Source: Microbacteriaceae bacterium (GTDB taxonomy: Bacteria; Actinomycetota; Actinomycetes; Actinomycetales; Microbacteriaceae). Taken from it: a stretch of DNA of 32,202 nucleotides. Numbering within the stretch: the first letter of the stretch is position 1; every line of letters starts with the position of its first letter. Position numbers and translations under genes: made by a program. The notes beneath the pieces are model-generated. The model was not told where the DNA came from and did no database searches. It worked only from the letters and a program-made list of their open reading frames with translations. The stretch is taken from the NCBI GenBank assembly GCA_947453285.1, contig CANGGA010000001.1, forward strand, positions 1 to 32,202, given 5' to 3'. Below are positions 9,179 through 19,395 of this stretch, piece by piece.

Positions 9179-10467
9179 AAGTTCTCTGGTACATCGGTGG
9201 CGTGCTCTTCATTGCGCTCGGAATTGGTTTCTCAATTGGTTGGCACGAACTCGGCCACCTATTGCCGGCCAAACTTTTCGGCATCAAGGTGCCTCGCTAC
9301 ATGATCGGTTTCGGGCCAACCGTTTGGTCGCGCAAGCGCGGCGAAACCGAATATGGGGTCAAGGCAATTCCGCTCGGTGGTTACATCACCATGATTGGAA
9401 TGTATCCGCCTGCCAAGCCAGGGGCTAAGCAGCGCAAGGGCTTCGGCGCCGATTCAATTCAGGCTGCTCGCGACGCGCACAGTGAGCACGTCGGCCCTGG
9501 CGACGAGAACCGCATGTTCTACAAGTTGCCAATCTATAAGCGAATCATCATCATGTTCGGTGGCCCGTTCATGAACTTGTTCTTGGGTCTCGTGCTAACG
9601 CTCACCTCATTAGTCGGAATCGGCACCTACACACGCTCGACAACGGTGACAGAGATTTCGCAGTGCGTGCCAAGCAGTTTTAGCAAGCAGGTTGCCTGCA
9701 CCGACGCTGATGCAGTTGGACCTGCAAAAGTTGCCGGACTTCAGGCTGGCGATGTTGTTCAATCTGTTAATGGTCAGGCAGTTCGAAACTGGGATGAAAT
9801 CACGGCATATGCAACTTCGAACCCAGGGGAAATTTCACTTGGCGTGAAGCGCGGCACGACCGAACTCGATTTGATGATCACGCCAGCGATTGTCAATCGC
9901 CCGGTGACGACCTCTGAGGGCAAGACGCTGAATCAGAATGTTCCGTTTTTTGGCGTCGTGCTCGAACCAATTCGCCAATCGCAAACTCTCGACAAAGCTT
10001 TCGTTTATTCGGCAAACGTAATTGGCTCAACTTTTGCTTTGATTGCAACATTGCCGGTGCAGGTTTATGAAATGGTCAGCGGCACCATTCACGGCGACCA
10101 GAGAAATTCAAATGGACCGATTTCGATCATCGGTGTTGGGCAGGTTGCCGGCGAAATCGCGAGCGACCCAGCTGCGACTCTGCTCGACAAACTCGGTTCC
10201 GGGCTCATGATGCTAGCGAGCCTGAACTTTGCACTCTTTGCCTTCAACATGATTCCGCTATTGCCGCTTGATGGCGGGCACATCGCCGGCGGAATCTATG
10301 AGGCAATCAAGAAGGCAATCTGGCGTCTGCGTCGCAAGCCAAACCCTGGCCCAGCAGACACCGCATTGCTCATGCCGATTACCTACGTGGTTTCGGGGCT
10401 GCTAATTGTGCTCAGCCTCGTTCTGCTGGTGATTGACCTAATTAACCCCGTATCTCTTGGCCTATAG
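9172..10467 (+). CDS. rip1: Site-2 (M50) intramembrane zinc metalloprotease with PDZ domain (Rip1/RseP family)
   Basis: [23 protein letters not shown], a PDZ-like region (AGLQAGDVV) and [13 protein letters not shown]; conserved position between dxr and ispG. Confidence 0.9.
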   Translation: MLEVLWYIGGVLFIALGIGFSIGWHELGHLLPAKLFGIKVPRYMIGFGPTVWSRKRGETEYGVKAIPLGGYITMIGMYPPAKPGAKQRKGFGADSIQAARDAHSEHVGPGDENRMFYKLPIYKRIIIMFGGPFMNLFLGLVLTLTSLVGIGTYTRSTTVTEISQCVPSSFSKQVACTDADAVGPAKVAGLQAGDVVQSVNGQAVRNWDEITAYATSNPGEISLGVKRGTTELDLMITPAIVNRPVTTSEGKTLNQNVPFFGVVLEPIRQSQTLDKAFVYSANVIGSTFALIATLPVQVYEMVSGTIHGDQRNSNGPISIIGVGQVAGEIASDPAATLLDKLGSGLMMLASLNFALFAFNMIPLLPLDGGHIAGGIYEAIKKAIWRLRRKPNPGPADTALLMPITYVVSGLLIVLSLVLLVIDLINPVSLGL

Positions 10468-10525
10468 GCGAAATAACTCGGGCACTCTGCCTGTTTATGC
10501 TTATACCGAACGGAAAGCGAACTAA

Positions 10526-11683
10526 ATGGTTGCAATTAACCTCGGAAAGCCAAAGCCACCGGTTTTGACTCCAAGACGCAAGACCCGCCAGATCATGGTC
10601 GGCAAAGTTGCTGTCGGTGGCGACGCCCCAATCTCTGTGCAGTCGATGTGCACCACTCAGACCACAGACGTGAATGCCACCCTTCAGCAAATCGCAGAGC
10701 TAACGGCATCTGGCTGCGACATCGTTCGCGTTGCTGTGCCAAGCCAGGATGACGCCGACCGACTTCCGTTGATTGCCAAGAAGTCTCAGATTCCGGTTAT
10801 CGCAGACATTCACTTTCAGCCAAAATATGTGTTCGCGGCAATCGACGCGGGTTGCGGCGCGGTTCGAGTTAACCCTGGCAACATTCGTCAGTTCGACGAC
10901 AAGGTTGGCGAAATTGCAAAGGCTGCGAAAGAAGCAGGTGTCTCGATTCGAATCGGAGTTAACGCCGGCTCGCTTGATCCAAGACTTCTCGAAAAATATG
11001 GCAAGGCGACTCCAGAGGCACTCGTCGAATCGGCGGTCTGGGAAGCATCGCTTTTCGAAGAGCACGATTTTCACGATTTCAAAATCTCGGTAAAGCACAA
11101 CGACCCGGTAATCATGGTCAAGGCATACGAGATGTTGGCAGAACGCGGAGACTGGCCTCTGCACCTCGGTGTCACCGAAGCCGGCCCAGCATTTCAGGGA
11201 ACCATCAAGTCATCGGTTGCATTCGGCGCTCTTTTGAGCAAGGGAATCGGAGACACCATCCGTGTTTCGCTTTCTGCGCCACCGGTTGAAGAAATCAAAG
11301 TTGGTTCGCAGATTCTTGAGAGCCTCAACCTTCGTCCACGCAAACTCGAAATCGTAAGTTGCCCATCGTGTGGTCGCGCCCAGGTCGATGTCTACACGCT
11401 TGCCAACGACGTGACCAAAGGTCTCGAAAAGATGACAGTGCCACTTCGCGTTGCAGTTATGGGTTGTGTTGTGAACGGCCCAGGCGAGGCTCGCGAAGCA
11501 GATCTCGGTGTTGCATCTGGAAACGGCAAGGGGCAGATCTTCGTAAAGGGCGAGGTCATCAAGACCGTGCCAGAGAGCGAAATCGTTGCGACCCTCATCG
11601 AAGAGGCAAACCGAATTGCAGCAAGCATGGATCCGGCTTTGGTCGGAAGCCCTGAGGTTGTTGTCGCAAACCCAGCCAAATAG
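10526..11683 (+). CDS. ispG: (E)-4-hydroxy-3-methylbut-2-enyl-diphosphate synthase
   Basis: [55 protein letters not shown] and [10 protein letters not shown] (4Fe-4S cysteines). Confidence 0.97.
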   Translation: MVAINLGKPKPPVLTPRRKTRQIMVGKVAVGGDAPISVQSMCTTQTTDVNATLQQIAELTASGCDIVRVAVPSQDDADRLPLIAKKSQIPVIADIHFQPKYVFAAIDAGCGAVRVNPGNIRQFDDKVGEIAKAAKEAGVSIRIGVNAGSLDPRLLEKYGKATPEALVESAVWEASLFEEHDFHDFKISVKHNDPVIMVKAYEMLAERGDWPLHLGVTEAGPAFQGTIKSSVAFGALLSKGIGDTIRVSLSAPPVEEIKVGSQILESLNLRPRKLEIVSCPSCGRAQVDVYTLANDVTKGLEKMTVPLRVAVMGCVVNGPGEAREADLGVASGNGKGQIFVKGEVIKTVPESEIVATLIEEANRIAASMDPALVGSPEVVVANPAK

Positions 11684-11740
11684 CATCTAGTTACCGCGGT
11701 TTCAGGCCTTTGCCACAGCGCGCAAGGTAACATTTTGCTT

Positions 11741-13504
11741 ATGCCAATCCGCCTTTCATCACTTTTCTTGCGCACCTTGCGCGAAGACCCAGCCGAGGCT
11801 GAGGTCGAGAGCCACAAGCTATTGCTGCGCGCCGGCTACATTCGTCGCGCCGCCCCTGGTGTTTACACCTGGTTGCCGCTTGGCCTATTGGTAAAGGCAA
11901 AGGTCGAGGCCGTGGTTAGAGAAGAAATGAACCGAGCTGGCGCTCAAGAAGTTTTCTTTCCGGCACTTTTGCCACGCGAGCCTTTTGAGGCAACCGGCCG
12001 CTGGACAGAATATGGCGACAACCTATTTCGTCTTCAAGACCGCAAGAAGGCCGACTACCTTTTGGCTCCAACTCACGAAGAGATGTTCACCCTTTTGGTG
12101 AAAGATCTCTATTCGTCATACAAAGATTTGCCAGTCTGCCTCTATCAAATTCAAAACAAGTATCGCGACGAGGCTCGCCCTCGTGCTGGCTTGCTTCGCG
12201 GTCGCGAATTCGTTATGAAAGACGCATACTCTTTCGACATCGATGACGCAGGTCTCGAAAAGTCATATCAATCACAGCGCGACGCATACGAGCGCATCTT
12301 CACCCGTCTTGGCGTCGACTACGTAATCGTTAAGGCAGACGCCGGCGCGATGGGCGGAAGCGCATCCGAGGAATTCTTGTCACCGAGCCCAATTGGTGAA
12401 GACACTTTCGTCAGATCGCCTGGGGGATACGCAGCAAACGTCGAAGCCGTGAAAACAGTTGCACCGGCCGGCATCGCGATTGAAGGATTGCCAGCAGCGG
12501 TTGTGCACCCATCGCCGAACACCCCGACCATTGCAACGCTTGTCGATCTTGCCAATGCAAACGTCAAGCGCGCCGACGGACGCGAATGGACCGCAGCAGA
12601 CACATTGAAGAACGTGGTTCTCGCACTTACTTCACCAGAAGGAAAGCGCTCGCTCGTTGTCGTTGGTTTACCTGGCGATCGCGAAGTCGATGCAAAGCGC
12701 GCAGAGGCGGCCTTCTCACCAAACGAGGTAGAGCCGGCGACCGAAGAAGATTTCGAACGCAACCCAGAGTTGGTTAAGGGTTACATCGGCCCGGTAAAGA
12801 ATGGTTCAGCCGTTCTTGGGCTCGAAGGCTCAAGCAAGATTCGCTATTTGCTTGACCCACGCGTTGTCGACGGCACCGCATGGATCACCGGAGCGAACGA
12901 AGCAGAGAAGCATGTTTTCGACTTGGTCAAGGGCCGCGACTTCGGGGCAGACGGCATTGCCGACATCGCCGAGGTTCGCGCCGGCGACCCTGCGCCAGAT
13001 GGCAGCGGGCCACTCGAGCTGGCTCGCGGAATTGAAATCGGTCACGTATTTCAGCTCGGCCGCAAGTATGCAGAAGCGCTCGGCCTTCAGGTTCTCGACG
13101 AAAACGGCAAGCTCGTCACCGTCACCATGGGTTCTTATGGCGTGGGTGTCACCCGCATGGTTGCCGTGTTGGCAGAGGCCAACCGCGACGACAAGGGGCT
13201 CATCTGGCCGGAGGCCGCTTCGCCTGCAGACGTTTATATCGTGGCTGCTGGCAAGGACGACCACGTTTATGAAGCAGCCGAGAAGCTTGCTGCCGAATTC
13301 GAAGCCGCCGGCAAGACCGTGATGCTAGACGATCGTCAAAAGGTAAGCCCCGGCGTCAAGTTCAGCGATGCCGAGTTGATTGGTGTTCCGCACGTTGTCA
13401 TCTGCGGCAAGGGTCTCGAGAACGGCGAAGTCGATCTTTGGAATCGTCGCTCTGGCGAGCGTCGCTCAGTCGCACTAAACTCGGCTGTAGCAGAGTTGAT
13501 TTAG
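11741..13504 (+). CDS. proS: Prolyl-tRNA synthetase (bacterial type with editing insertion)
   Basis: [65 protein letters not shown] and MGSYGVG. The ATG at 11741 is preferred because TAACAT lies 7 nt upstream. Confidence 0.97.
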   Translation: MPIRLSSLFLRTLREDPAEAEVESHKLLLRAGYIRRAAPGVYTWLPLGLLVKAKVEAVVREEMNRAGAQEVFFPALLPREPFEATGRWTEYGDNLFRLQDRKKADYLLAPTHEEMFTLLVKDLYSSYKDLPVCLYQIQNKYRDEARPRAGLLRGREFVMKDAYSFDIDDAGLEKSYQSQRDAYERIFTRLGVDYVIVKADAGAMGGSASEEFLSPSPIGEDTFVRSPGGYAANVEAVKTVAPAGIAIEGLPAAVVHPSPNTPTIATLVDLANANVKRADGREWTAADTLKNVVLALTSPEGKRSLVVVGLPGDREVDAKRAEAAFSPNEVEPATEEDFERNPELVKGYIGPVKNGSAVLGLEGSSKIRYLLDPRVVDGTAWITGANEAEKHVFDLVKGRDFGADGIADIAEVRAGDPAPDGSGPLELARGIEIGHVFQLGRKYAEALGLQVLDENGKLVTVTMGSYGVGVTRMVAVLAEANRDDKGLIWPEAASPADVYIVAAGKDDHVYEAAEKLAAEFEAAGKTVMLDDRQKVSPGVKFSDAELIGVPHVVICGKGLENGEVDLWNRRSGERRSVALNSAVAELI

Positions 13505-13505
13505 T

Positions 13506-13528
13506 CTCGGCAATTTGCCGAGTTTGCT
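13506..13528 (+). terminator. Short hairpin after proS, possible intrinsic terminator
   Basis: CTCGGCA-ATT-TGCCGAG followed by TTTGCT, immediately after the proS stop. Confidence 0.45.
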
Positions 13529-13573
13529 TCAACGCTTTACCTATAACTAACTATCGGCCGGGAGGCAGCGCTC

Positions 13574-14590
13574 ATGGATATCGACCTTGGAATTCTTAGA
13601 GGACTTGAACGCGAAAAAGAAATCCCGTTCGTCGAACTCGTTTCGATTATTGAAGCCGCAATTCTCGCTGCCTATTACAAGAACATGGGTCTCGACCCGA
13701 AAGAGCACAAGGCTCGCGCCGTGCTCGATCAGAAGACCGGTTCGGTTCACATCTTCGAAATCATCTGGAATGAAGAGACTCGCGAAACAAGCGAAAACGA
13801 TGTGACTCCAGAAAACTTCGGCCGCATCGCGGCCTATTCTGCAAAGCAAGTAATTGCGCAGCGTCTTCGCGAAATCAGTGACGAAGGATTGCTCGGAGAG
13901 TTCAAGGGCAAAGAAGGCGACATCGTCACTGGCATCATTCAGCAAGGCCCACGTTCATACATGATTCACGTCGACCTCGGCAGCATCGAAGCACTATTGC
14001 CACCAGAAGAGCAGGTCGTGGGCGAGGAGTACACCCACGGAAAGCGCATCCGTGTTTTGGTCACCGGAGTGAACAAGGGAACCCGCGGCCCGCAGGTAAC
14101 CGTTTCACGTTCACACCCAACTCTCGTTCGCAAGTTGTTTGCACTTGAGGTTCCAGAGATTGCCAACGGCACTGTCGAAATCGTTCAGGTTGCTCGCGAG
14201 GCAGGTCACCGCACCAAGATTGCCGTTCGAGCACACGAAGAAGGCATCAACGCAAAGGGAGCCTGCATCGGCGAACTCGGTCAGCGCGTTCGAGCTGTCT
14301 CGGCCGAGTTGAACGAAGAGAAGATCGACATCGTCGACTACAACACCGACATCTGCGAGTTTGTCTCGCAGGCTCTATCGCCGGCAAAGGTTTCGAGTGC
14401 CTACATCATCGGCAAGGGAGACCCAAAGGCCACCGGCGATGCCCGCATCACCCAGGTTCGCGCCCTCGTGCCCGACTACCAGCTTTCGCTTGCCATCGGC
14501 AAAGAGGGGCAAAACGTTCGTTTGGCCGCCAAACTAACCGGCGCCAAGATCGACGTTCAGCCTGAGAGCATTCTCGAGGGCGACGACTAG
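13574..14590 (+). CDS. nusA: Transcription termination/antitermination factor NusA
   Basis: FGRIAA..AKQVI.QRLRE, S1 domain, LFALEVPEI, AREAGHRTKIAV, GACIG, EKIDIV and LSLAIGKEGQNVRLAAKLTG; SD GGAGG. Confidence 0.97.
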   Translation: MDIDLGILRGLEREKEIPFVELVSIIEAAILAAYYKNMGLDPKEHKARAVLDQKTGSVHIFEIIWNEETRETSENDVTPENFGRIAAYSAKQVIAQRLREISDEGLLGEFKGKEGDIVTGIIQQGPRSYMIHVDLGSIEALLPPEEQVVGEEYTHGKRIRVLVTGVNKGTRGPQVTVSRSHPTLVRKLFALEVPEIANGTVEIVQVAREAGHRTKIAVRAHEEGINAKGACIGELGQRVRAVSAELNEEKIDIVDYNTDICEFVSQALSPAKVSSAYIIGKGDPKATGDARITQVRALVPDYQLSLAIGKEGQNVRLAAKLTGAKIDVQPESILEGDD

Positions 14591-14632
14591 CCCAAATCGG
14601 AGGTGCCAAAAATTGGCACTCACGATTTCGGC
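14590..14632. other. Imperfect stem-loop in the nusA-ylxR spacer
   Basis: AAATCG..GTGCCAA-AAA-TTGGCAC..CGATTT nested inverted repeat; there is no T-tract. Confidence 0.5.
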
Positions 14633-14646
14633 ACTCGGCAGGTAGA

Positions 14647-14904
14647 ATGAAACCCGTTAGAACCTGTGTTGGCTGTCGCCAGCGCGCCAATCGAGCAGAT
14701 TTGCTTCGAATTGTGGCCGACTCTCAAGAGTTGGTTTTCGATGAGAAAGCCTCAAAACCTGGTCGCGGCGCCTGGATTCATCCAAGTTCAGATTGTCTTC
14801 AAAAAGCCACAGAGCGCGGTGCATTTGCCCGAGCATTGCGGCTAAAGACCCCGCTAACTCTCAATCAAGAACAGGCAGAAACGATGATGGCAAAAAATGA
14901 GTAA
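14647..14904 (+). CDS. ylxR: YlxR/DUF448 family RNA-binding protein
   Basis: PVRTCVGCR, LLRIV, PGRGAWIH..DC and AFARALR; canonical position between nusA and infB. Confidence 0.9.
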   Translation: MKPVRTCVGCRQRANRADLLRIVADSQELVFDEKASKPGRGAWIHPSSDCLQKATERGAFARALRLKTPLTLNQEQAETMMAKNE

Positions 14905-14974
14905 CTCGAAATGAGTCCCCTCAAGCTTTAACGGCCTGCCCTGTTTGGGGAAGGCCCCAGACAGGAGAAATTAA
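14884..14974 (+). promoter_or_regulatory. infB leader: overlapping mini-ORF chain plus SD-sequestering and alternative hairpins (candidate translational attenuator)
   Basis: Mini-ORFs 14897-14914 (MSNSK*) and 14911-14931 (MSPLKL*) are joined by ATGA. Hairpin 14940-14965 pairs part of the SD AGGAG (14963-14967), and an alternative hairpin spans 14933-14956. Confidence 0.55.
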
Positions 14975-17629
14975 GTGGCGCTTCCACGCGTATACGACAT
15001 AGCTAAAGAACTTGGAATCGATTCCAAGGTTGCACTAGCAAAACTTCAAGAACTCGGTGAGTTCGTTAAGAGTGGTTCATCAACGATCACTCCACCCGTA
15101 GCCAAAAAGCTTCGCGAGGCATTTCCAGATGCAAAGCCAAAGGCCGAAGAGCCTAAGAAGCCGGCTGCAAAGAAGTCTGCAGACAAGGCAGAGCCAGAAG
15201 TAACTGCCGAAAGCGCAGACGCACCTGCAGCTCCGAAGCCAGGCAAAGCTGCAAAGCCGGCCGAAGCTGAGCCGGTTGCAGAAAAGCCAAGCGAGGGCGA
15301 TGCCCCGGCAGCCGCTCCGACACCAAGTCTTCCTTCACCGGTTGCAGGCATTCCTCGCCCGGGCAACAATCCTTTTGCATCGAGTCAGGGCATGGGCATT
15401 CCTCGTCCGGTAGCTCGTCCTGGCAATAATCCATTCGCACCTTCGCAGGGCATGGGTCGTCCGGGTCAGAACCGACCAGGTGGACCTCGTCCTGCCGGTG
15501 CCGGTGCCCCAGGTGGCGCGGGTCGCCCAGGTGGACCTCGTCCAGCCGGTGCCGGTGGTCCAGGTGGCGCATCGCGTCCAGGTTTCGGCAGCCCTCGTCC
15601 GAGTGGCGCTCCAGGCGCAACTCCGGGTGGCGCACCAGGTTTTGCTCGTCCAGGTGGCGGCCCAGGTGGCGGCCGTGGCCGCGGCGTTGGCGGCGGAACC
15701 GCTGGTGCCTTCGGTAAGGGTGGCGGCAAGGGCAGCAAGGCCCGCAAGTCAAAGCGTGCGAAACGCGAAGAGTACGAACAGAGACAGGCTCCGAGCCTTG
15801 GTGGCGCAGTAGTTCCACGCGGAGACGGCACCACCGTAATTCGCTTGCGTCGCGGTTCTAGCATCCAAGATTTCGCAGACAAGATTGATGCAAATGCAGG
15901 TCAGTTGATCACGGTGTTGTTCCACCTTGGTCAGATGACAACGGCTACCGCATCGCTAGACGAAGAGACCTTCCAGATTCTCGGTGTTGAACTCGGCTAC
16001 AAGGTCGAAGTTGTTTCACCTGAAGACGAAGAGAAGGAGCTATTCGATAGCTTCGGCCTCGACATCTCAACCGACTACGAAGACGACGAAGACGATCTAG
16101 TTATTCGTCCGCCAGTTGTCACCGTCATGGGTCACGTCGACCACGGAAAGACTCGTTTGCTCGACTCGATTCGAAATGCAAACGTTCAGGCCGGTGAAGC
16201 TGGTGGAATCACCCAGCACATTGGTGCTTATCAGGTGCACGCAGTGCACGAGGGCATCGACCGTGCGATTACATTCATCGATACTCCTGGTCACGAGGCG
16301 TTCACCGCTATGCGTGCCCGTGGTGCTCAGGTAACCGACATTGCGATTCTTGTTGTCGCTGCAGACGACGGCGTTATGCCTCAGACTGTCGAAGCGTTGA
16401 ACCACGCTCAGTCTGCCGGTGTGCCGATTGTTGTTGCAGTTAACAAGACCGATAAAGAAGGCGCTAACCCAGCCAAGATTCGTCAGCAGCTAACCGAGTT
16501 CAACTTGGTTGCTGAAGAATACGGTGGCGACGTCATGTTCATCGACGTATCGGCTTTGACCGGCAAGGGAATTCCAGAACTTCTAGACGCAGTCTTGCTA
16601 ACCGCAGATGCAGCCCTAGACCTTCGCGCGAACCCAAACCGCGACGCTCGTGGTGTTGCCATCGAAGCGAACCTAGACAAGGGTCGCGGTTCGGTTGCTA
16701 CCGTGCTGATTCAGTCGGGAACCCTTGAGGTTGGCGACTCGATCGTGGCAGGTGCTGCTCACGGCCGTGTTCGTGCGATGTTCGACGAGAACGGCGACGC
16801 AGTTACTTCTGCTGGCCCAAGCCGTCCGGTTCAGGTGCTCGGATTGCAGTCTGTGCCTCGCGCCGGTGACACCTTTGTGGTCGCCGAAGACGAGCGCCAG
16901 GCCCGCCAGATCGCTGAAAAGCGTGAGGCTGCCGACCGCAACGCCCTATTGGCTAAGACCCGCAAGCGCATCAGCCTCGAAGACTTCACCAAGGCACTCG
17001 AAGACGGCAAGGTTGAGTCACTCAACTTGGTCATCAAGGGTGACGTTTCTGGTGCGGTCGAAGCTCTTGAAGATGCATTGCTCAAGATCGAAGTCGACGA
17101 CAGCGTTCAGTTGCGCATTATCCACCGTGGTGTTGGTGCAATTACCGAGTCAGACGTTAACTTGGCAACCGTTGATAACGCAATCATCATCGGCTTCAAC
17201 GTCAAGCCAGACAACAAGGCTCGCGAGCGTGCAGACCGCGAAGGCGTCGACATTCGTCAGTACTCAGTTATCTATGGAGTTCTCGACGACATCGAGTTGG
17301 CGCTCAAGGGAATGCTCAAGCCAGAGTATGAAGAAGTTCAGGTCGGAACCGCAGAGGTTCGCGAGCTGTTCAAGTCTTCAAAGGTCGGAACCATCGCTGG
17401 TTCGATCGTTCGCTCTGGTTCAATCAAGCGCAACGCTTTGGCGCGCGTTCTTCGTGCCGGCAAGGTCATTGCCGAAAACCAGAAGATCGACTCACTAAAG
17501 CGCTTCAAGGATGATGCCAACGAAGTCAAGACTGACTTCGAGTGTGGTATCGGTTTGAGCGACTTCAACGAATTGCAACTCGAGGACATCATTGAGACCT
17601 TCGAGATGCGCGAGAAGCCGAGAGTCTAA
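14975..17629 (+). CDS. infB: Translation initiation factor IF-2
   Basis: [11 protein letters not shown]-domain, Pro/Gly-rich linker, [48 protein letters not shown] and SLKRFKDD; GTG start with SD AGGAG. Confidence 0.98.
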   Translation: MALPRVYDIAKELGIDSKVALAKLQELGEFVKSGSSTITPPVAKKLREAFPDAKPKAEEPKKPAAKKSADKAEPEVTAESADAPAAPKPGKAAKPAEAEPVAEKPSEGDAPAAAPTPSLPSPVAGIPRPGNNPFASSQGMGIPRPVARPGNNPFAPSQGMGRPGQNRPGGPRPAGAGAPGGAGRPGGPRPAGAGGPGGASRPGFGSPRPSGAPGATPGGAPGFARPGGGPGGGRGRGVGGGTAGAFGKGGGKGSKARKSKRAKREEYEQRQAPSLGGAVVPRGDGTTVIRLRRGSSIQDFADKIDANAGQLITVLFHLGQMTTATASLDEETFQILGVELGYKVEVVSPEDEEKELFDSFGLDISTDYEDDEDDLVIRPPVVTVMGHVDHGKTRLLDSIRNANVQAGEAGGITQHIGAYQVHAVHEGIDRAITFIDTPGHEAFTAMRARGAQVTDIAILVVAADDGVMPQTVEALNHAQSAGVPIVVAVNKTDKEGANPAKIRQQLTEFNLVAEEYGGDVMFIDVSALTGKGIPELLDAVLLTADAALDLRANPNRDARGVAIEANLDKGRGSVATVLIQSGTLEVGDSIVAGAAHGRVRAMFDENGDAVTSAGPSRPVQVLGLQSVPRAGDTFVVAEDERQARQIAEKREAADRNALLAKTRKRISLEDFTKALEDGKVESLNLVIKGDVSGAVEALEDALLKIEVDDSVQLRIIHRGVGAITESDVNLATVDNAIIIGFNVKPDNKARERADREGVDIRQYSVIYGVLDDIELALKGMLKPEYEEVQVGTAEVRELFKSSKVGTIAGSIVRSGSIKRNALARVLRAGKVIAENQKIDSLKRFKDDANEVKTDFECGIGLSDFNELQLEDIIETFEMREKPRV
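15347..15570 (+). repeat. Coding repeats in the IF2 Pro/Gly-rich linker
   Basis: Two copies of [14 protein letters not shown] and two of [11 protein letters not shown] (DNA CCAGGTGGACCTCGTCCxGCCGGTGCCGGTG twice). Confidence 0.8.
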
Positions 17630-17631
17630 CC

Positions 17632-18069
17632 TTGGTCGATCACGCACGCGCGAGAAAACTCGCTGAACGAATTAAGGTATTGGTGGCCGAAGCTCTCGAG
17701 CGCGCGGTCAAAGACCCCGACTTGGGCTTCGTCACCATTACCGACGTTAAGGTCACTCCAGATTTGCAGCACGCGAAGATTTTCTACACCGTCTATGGAA
17801 CCGAAGACGAGAAGAAACAGTCTGCCGAAATCATCGAGCGCAACCGCGGTTTGATTCGTCGCGAGGTCGGTCACGGTCTCTCGATTCGTTTGACTCCGAC
17901 GATTGAATTTGTTTCAGACGAGATTCCGGTAATCGCGGCTCACCTCAACGATCTGCTAAACGAGGCAAAGACTCGCGACGCCGAAGTTCAGGAATTGGCC
18001 AAGAAGGCCGAATTCGCTGGCGAGGCGAACCCTTACAAAGAGCCAAAGAGTCAAGAAGAAGACGAGTAA
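17632..18069 (+). CDS. rbfA: 30S ribosome-binding factor A
   Basis: ARARKLAERIK, KDPDLGFVTITDVKVTPDLQHAKIFYT and IRLTPTIEFVSD; TTG start 2 nt after the infB stop. Confidence 0.96.
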   Translation: MVDHARARKLAERIKVLVAEALERAVKDPDLGFVTITDVKVTPDLQHAKIFYTVYGTEDEKKQSAEIIERNRGLIRREVGHGLSIRLTPTIEFVSDEIPVIAAHLNDLLNEAKTRDAEVQELAKKAEFAGEANPYKEPKSQEEDE

Positions 18070-18974
18070 TGGCGTCTGGGCTTGTGCTTATTGATAAGCC
18101 ACAGGGCTGGACCAGTCACGACATCGTGGCAAAACTTCGCGGCATTGCCGGCACTCGCCGGGTTGGCCATGCCGGAACTCTTGATCCGATGGCAACCGGC
18201 TTGTTGCTTCTCGGCGTAAATGCCGGCACAAAGCTGCTCACTTTTTTGGTTGGCGAAGGCAAGACCTATGAGGCGACAATTCGTCTCGGAGCCAGCACAA
18301 TCACAGACGACGCCGAGGGCGAGGCAGTTGCCATTGCCGATGCCGAGAAGGTTCGTGCAATTAGTGCAGACCAAATTGAAATCGCTCTCATCTCTCTGCG
18401 CGGTGAAATCATGCAGGTGCCATCTTCGGTGAGCGCAATCAAGGTTGACGGCGAACGCGCTTATGCCAAAGTGCGCGGCGGAGACGAAGTCAAGTTAGCC
18501 GCTCGCCCAATCACCGTCGCTAAGTTCGAAATCAAAAAAGCGCCACACCTGGTGGAGTCTCAAGGCCAAGCGTTTTTAGATTTTGACGCCGTCATCGAAT
18601 GCTCTAGCGGAACCTACATTCGAGCGCTAGCTCGTGACCTCGGCAACGCGCTAAACGTTGGCGGTCACCTAACCGCACTTCGTCGCACCCGCATTGGCGG
18701 TTACCGAGTCGAAGATGCCGTGCCAATGGCAGAGCTGACTCGCGAGAACCTAACCATCACTTCGATGTTCGATTCGGTCAAAGATGCTTTTGAGCTGCGC
18801 GAGCTAAGCGAACAAGACGTTGTCGATCTTCGACACGGAAAGCGCATCGCGAACGATGGTTCAAGCGCAGGCGAGATCGCAGGAGTGCGCAATCAGCAAC
18901 TAATTGCGATGCTTGAGCCGGTCGGTACGCAACTAAAGTCATCGGTGGTTTTCGCAATGGAGTCTGATGATTAA
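18069..18974 (+). CDS. truB: tRNA pseudouridine(55) synthase
   Basis: DKPQGWTSHD, VGHAGTLDPMATG, SAIKVDGERAY, CSSGTYIRALARD and LRRTRIG. Confidence 0.97.
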   Translation: MASGLVLIDKPQGWTSHDIVAKLRGIAGTRRVGHAGTLDPMATGLLLLGVNAGTKLLTFLVGEGKTYEATIRLGASTITDDAEGEAVAIADAEKVRAISADQIEIALISLRGEIMQVPSSVSAIKVDGERAYAKVRGGDEVKLAARPITVAKFEIKKAPHLVESQGQAFLDFDAVIECSSGTYIRALARDLGNALNVGGHLTALRRTRIGGYRVEDAVPMAELTRENLTITSMFDSVKDAFELRELSEQDVVDLRHGKRIANDGSSAGEIAGVRNQQLIAMLEPVGTQLKSSVVFAMESDD

Positions 18975-19329
18975 TTGGCTTTACAGCTTGCAGCTGGTCG
19001 TAGACTCGGTTGCCGCGATTGTGCTTCTGGTTTTTGGCTTCGCAAGGCGCAAGCCGAGTTTGGTTTCGCTAAGCATTGTCGGTTTGGTCGAACTTGGCCT
19101 AGTCGCGCAGTTGATCTGCAGCATCGCGCTGGTCGGCGGGGGAGCAAGAGCCAAGACCGACACCATCGAATTCTTTGCCTATCTGATTGTTGCCCTGATG
19201 ATTCCGGCCGGGGCTGCCTTCTGGGCCCTAGTTGAGCGCACTCGGTGGTCAACCATGGTTTTGGCTGTTTCAGCGGCCACCGCGGCCATCATGCTGGCCA
19301 GAATGCAGCAAATCTGGCTGGGTTACTAG
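18967..19329 (+). CDS. Small integral membrane protein (about 4 TM), unknown function
   Basis: 120 aa with four hydrophobic segments, ERTRWST and RMQQIW; overlaps the truB stop by 8 nt, suggesting coupling. Confidence 0.75.
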   Translation: MINWLYSLQLVVDSVAAIVLLVFGFARRKPSLVSLSIVGLVELGLVAQLICSIALVGGGARAKTDTIEFFAYLIVALMIPAGAAFWALVERTRWSTMVLAVSAATAAIMLARMQQIWLGY

Positions 19330-19334
19330 GCGGA

Positions 19335-19356
19335 ATTAACCTTCTGTTAACTTTTT
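19335..19356 (+). promoter_or_regulatory. PHO-box-like 11-nt direct repeat upstream of pstC
   Basis: ATTAACCTTCT GTTAACTTTTT: hexamers at 19335 and 19346, 11 nt apart, resembling the actinobacterial PhoP GTTCAC-type repeat unit. Confidence 0.6.
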
Positions 19357-19395
19357 GACTGCCTTCGCGTTACTCATCAAGGCGATTATTTAGGG

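Noticed and set aside
15046-15882. Several long alternative-frame and antisense ORFs over the infB N-terminus
   Set aside because: They are explained by the GC-rich Pro/Gly/Ala low-complexity IF2 linker, which has few stop codons in other frames.
16725-17498. 257-aa alternative-frame ORF within infB
   Set aside because: It is a Ser/Thr/Arg-rich frameshift shadow caused by host codon bias, with no SD or recognisable motif.
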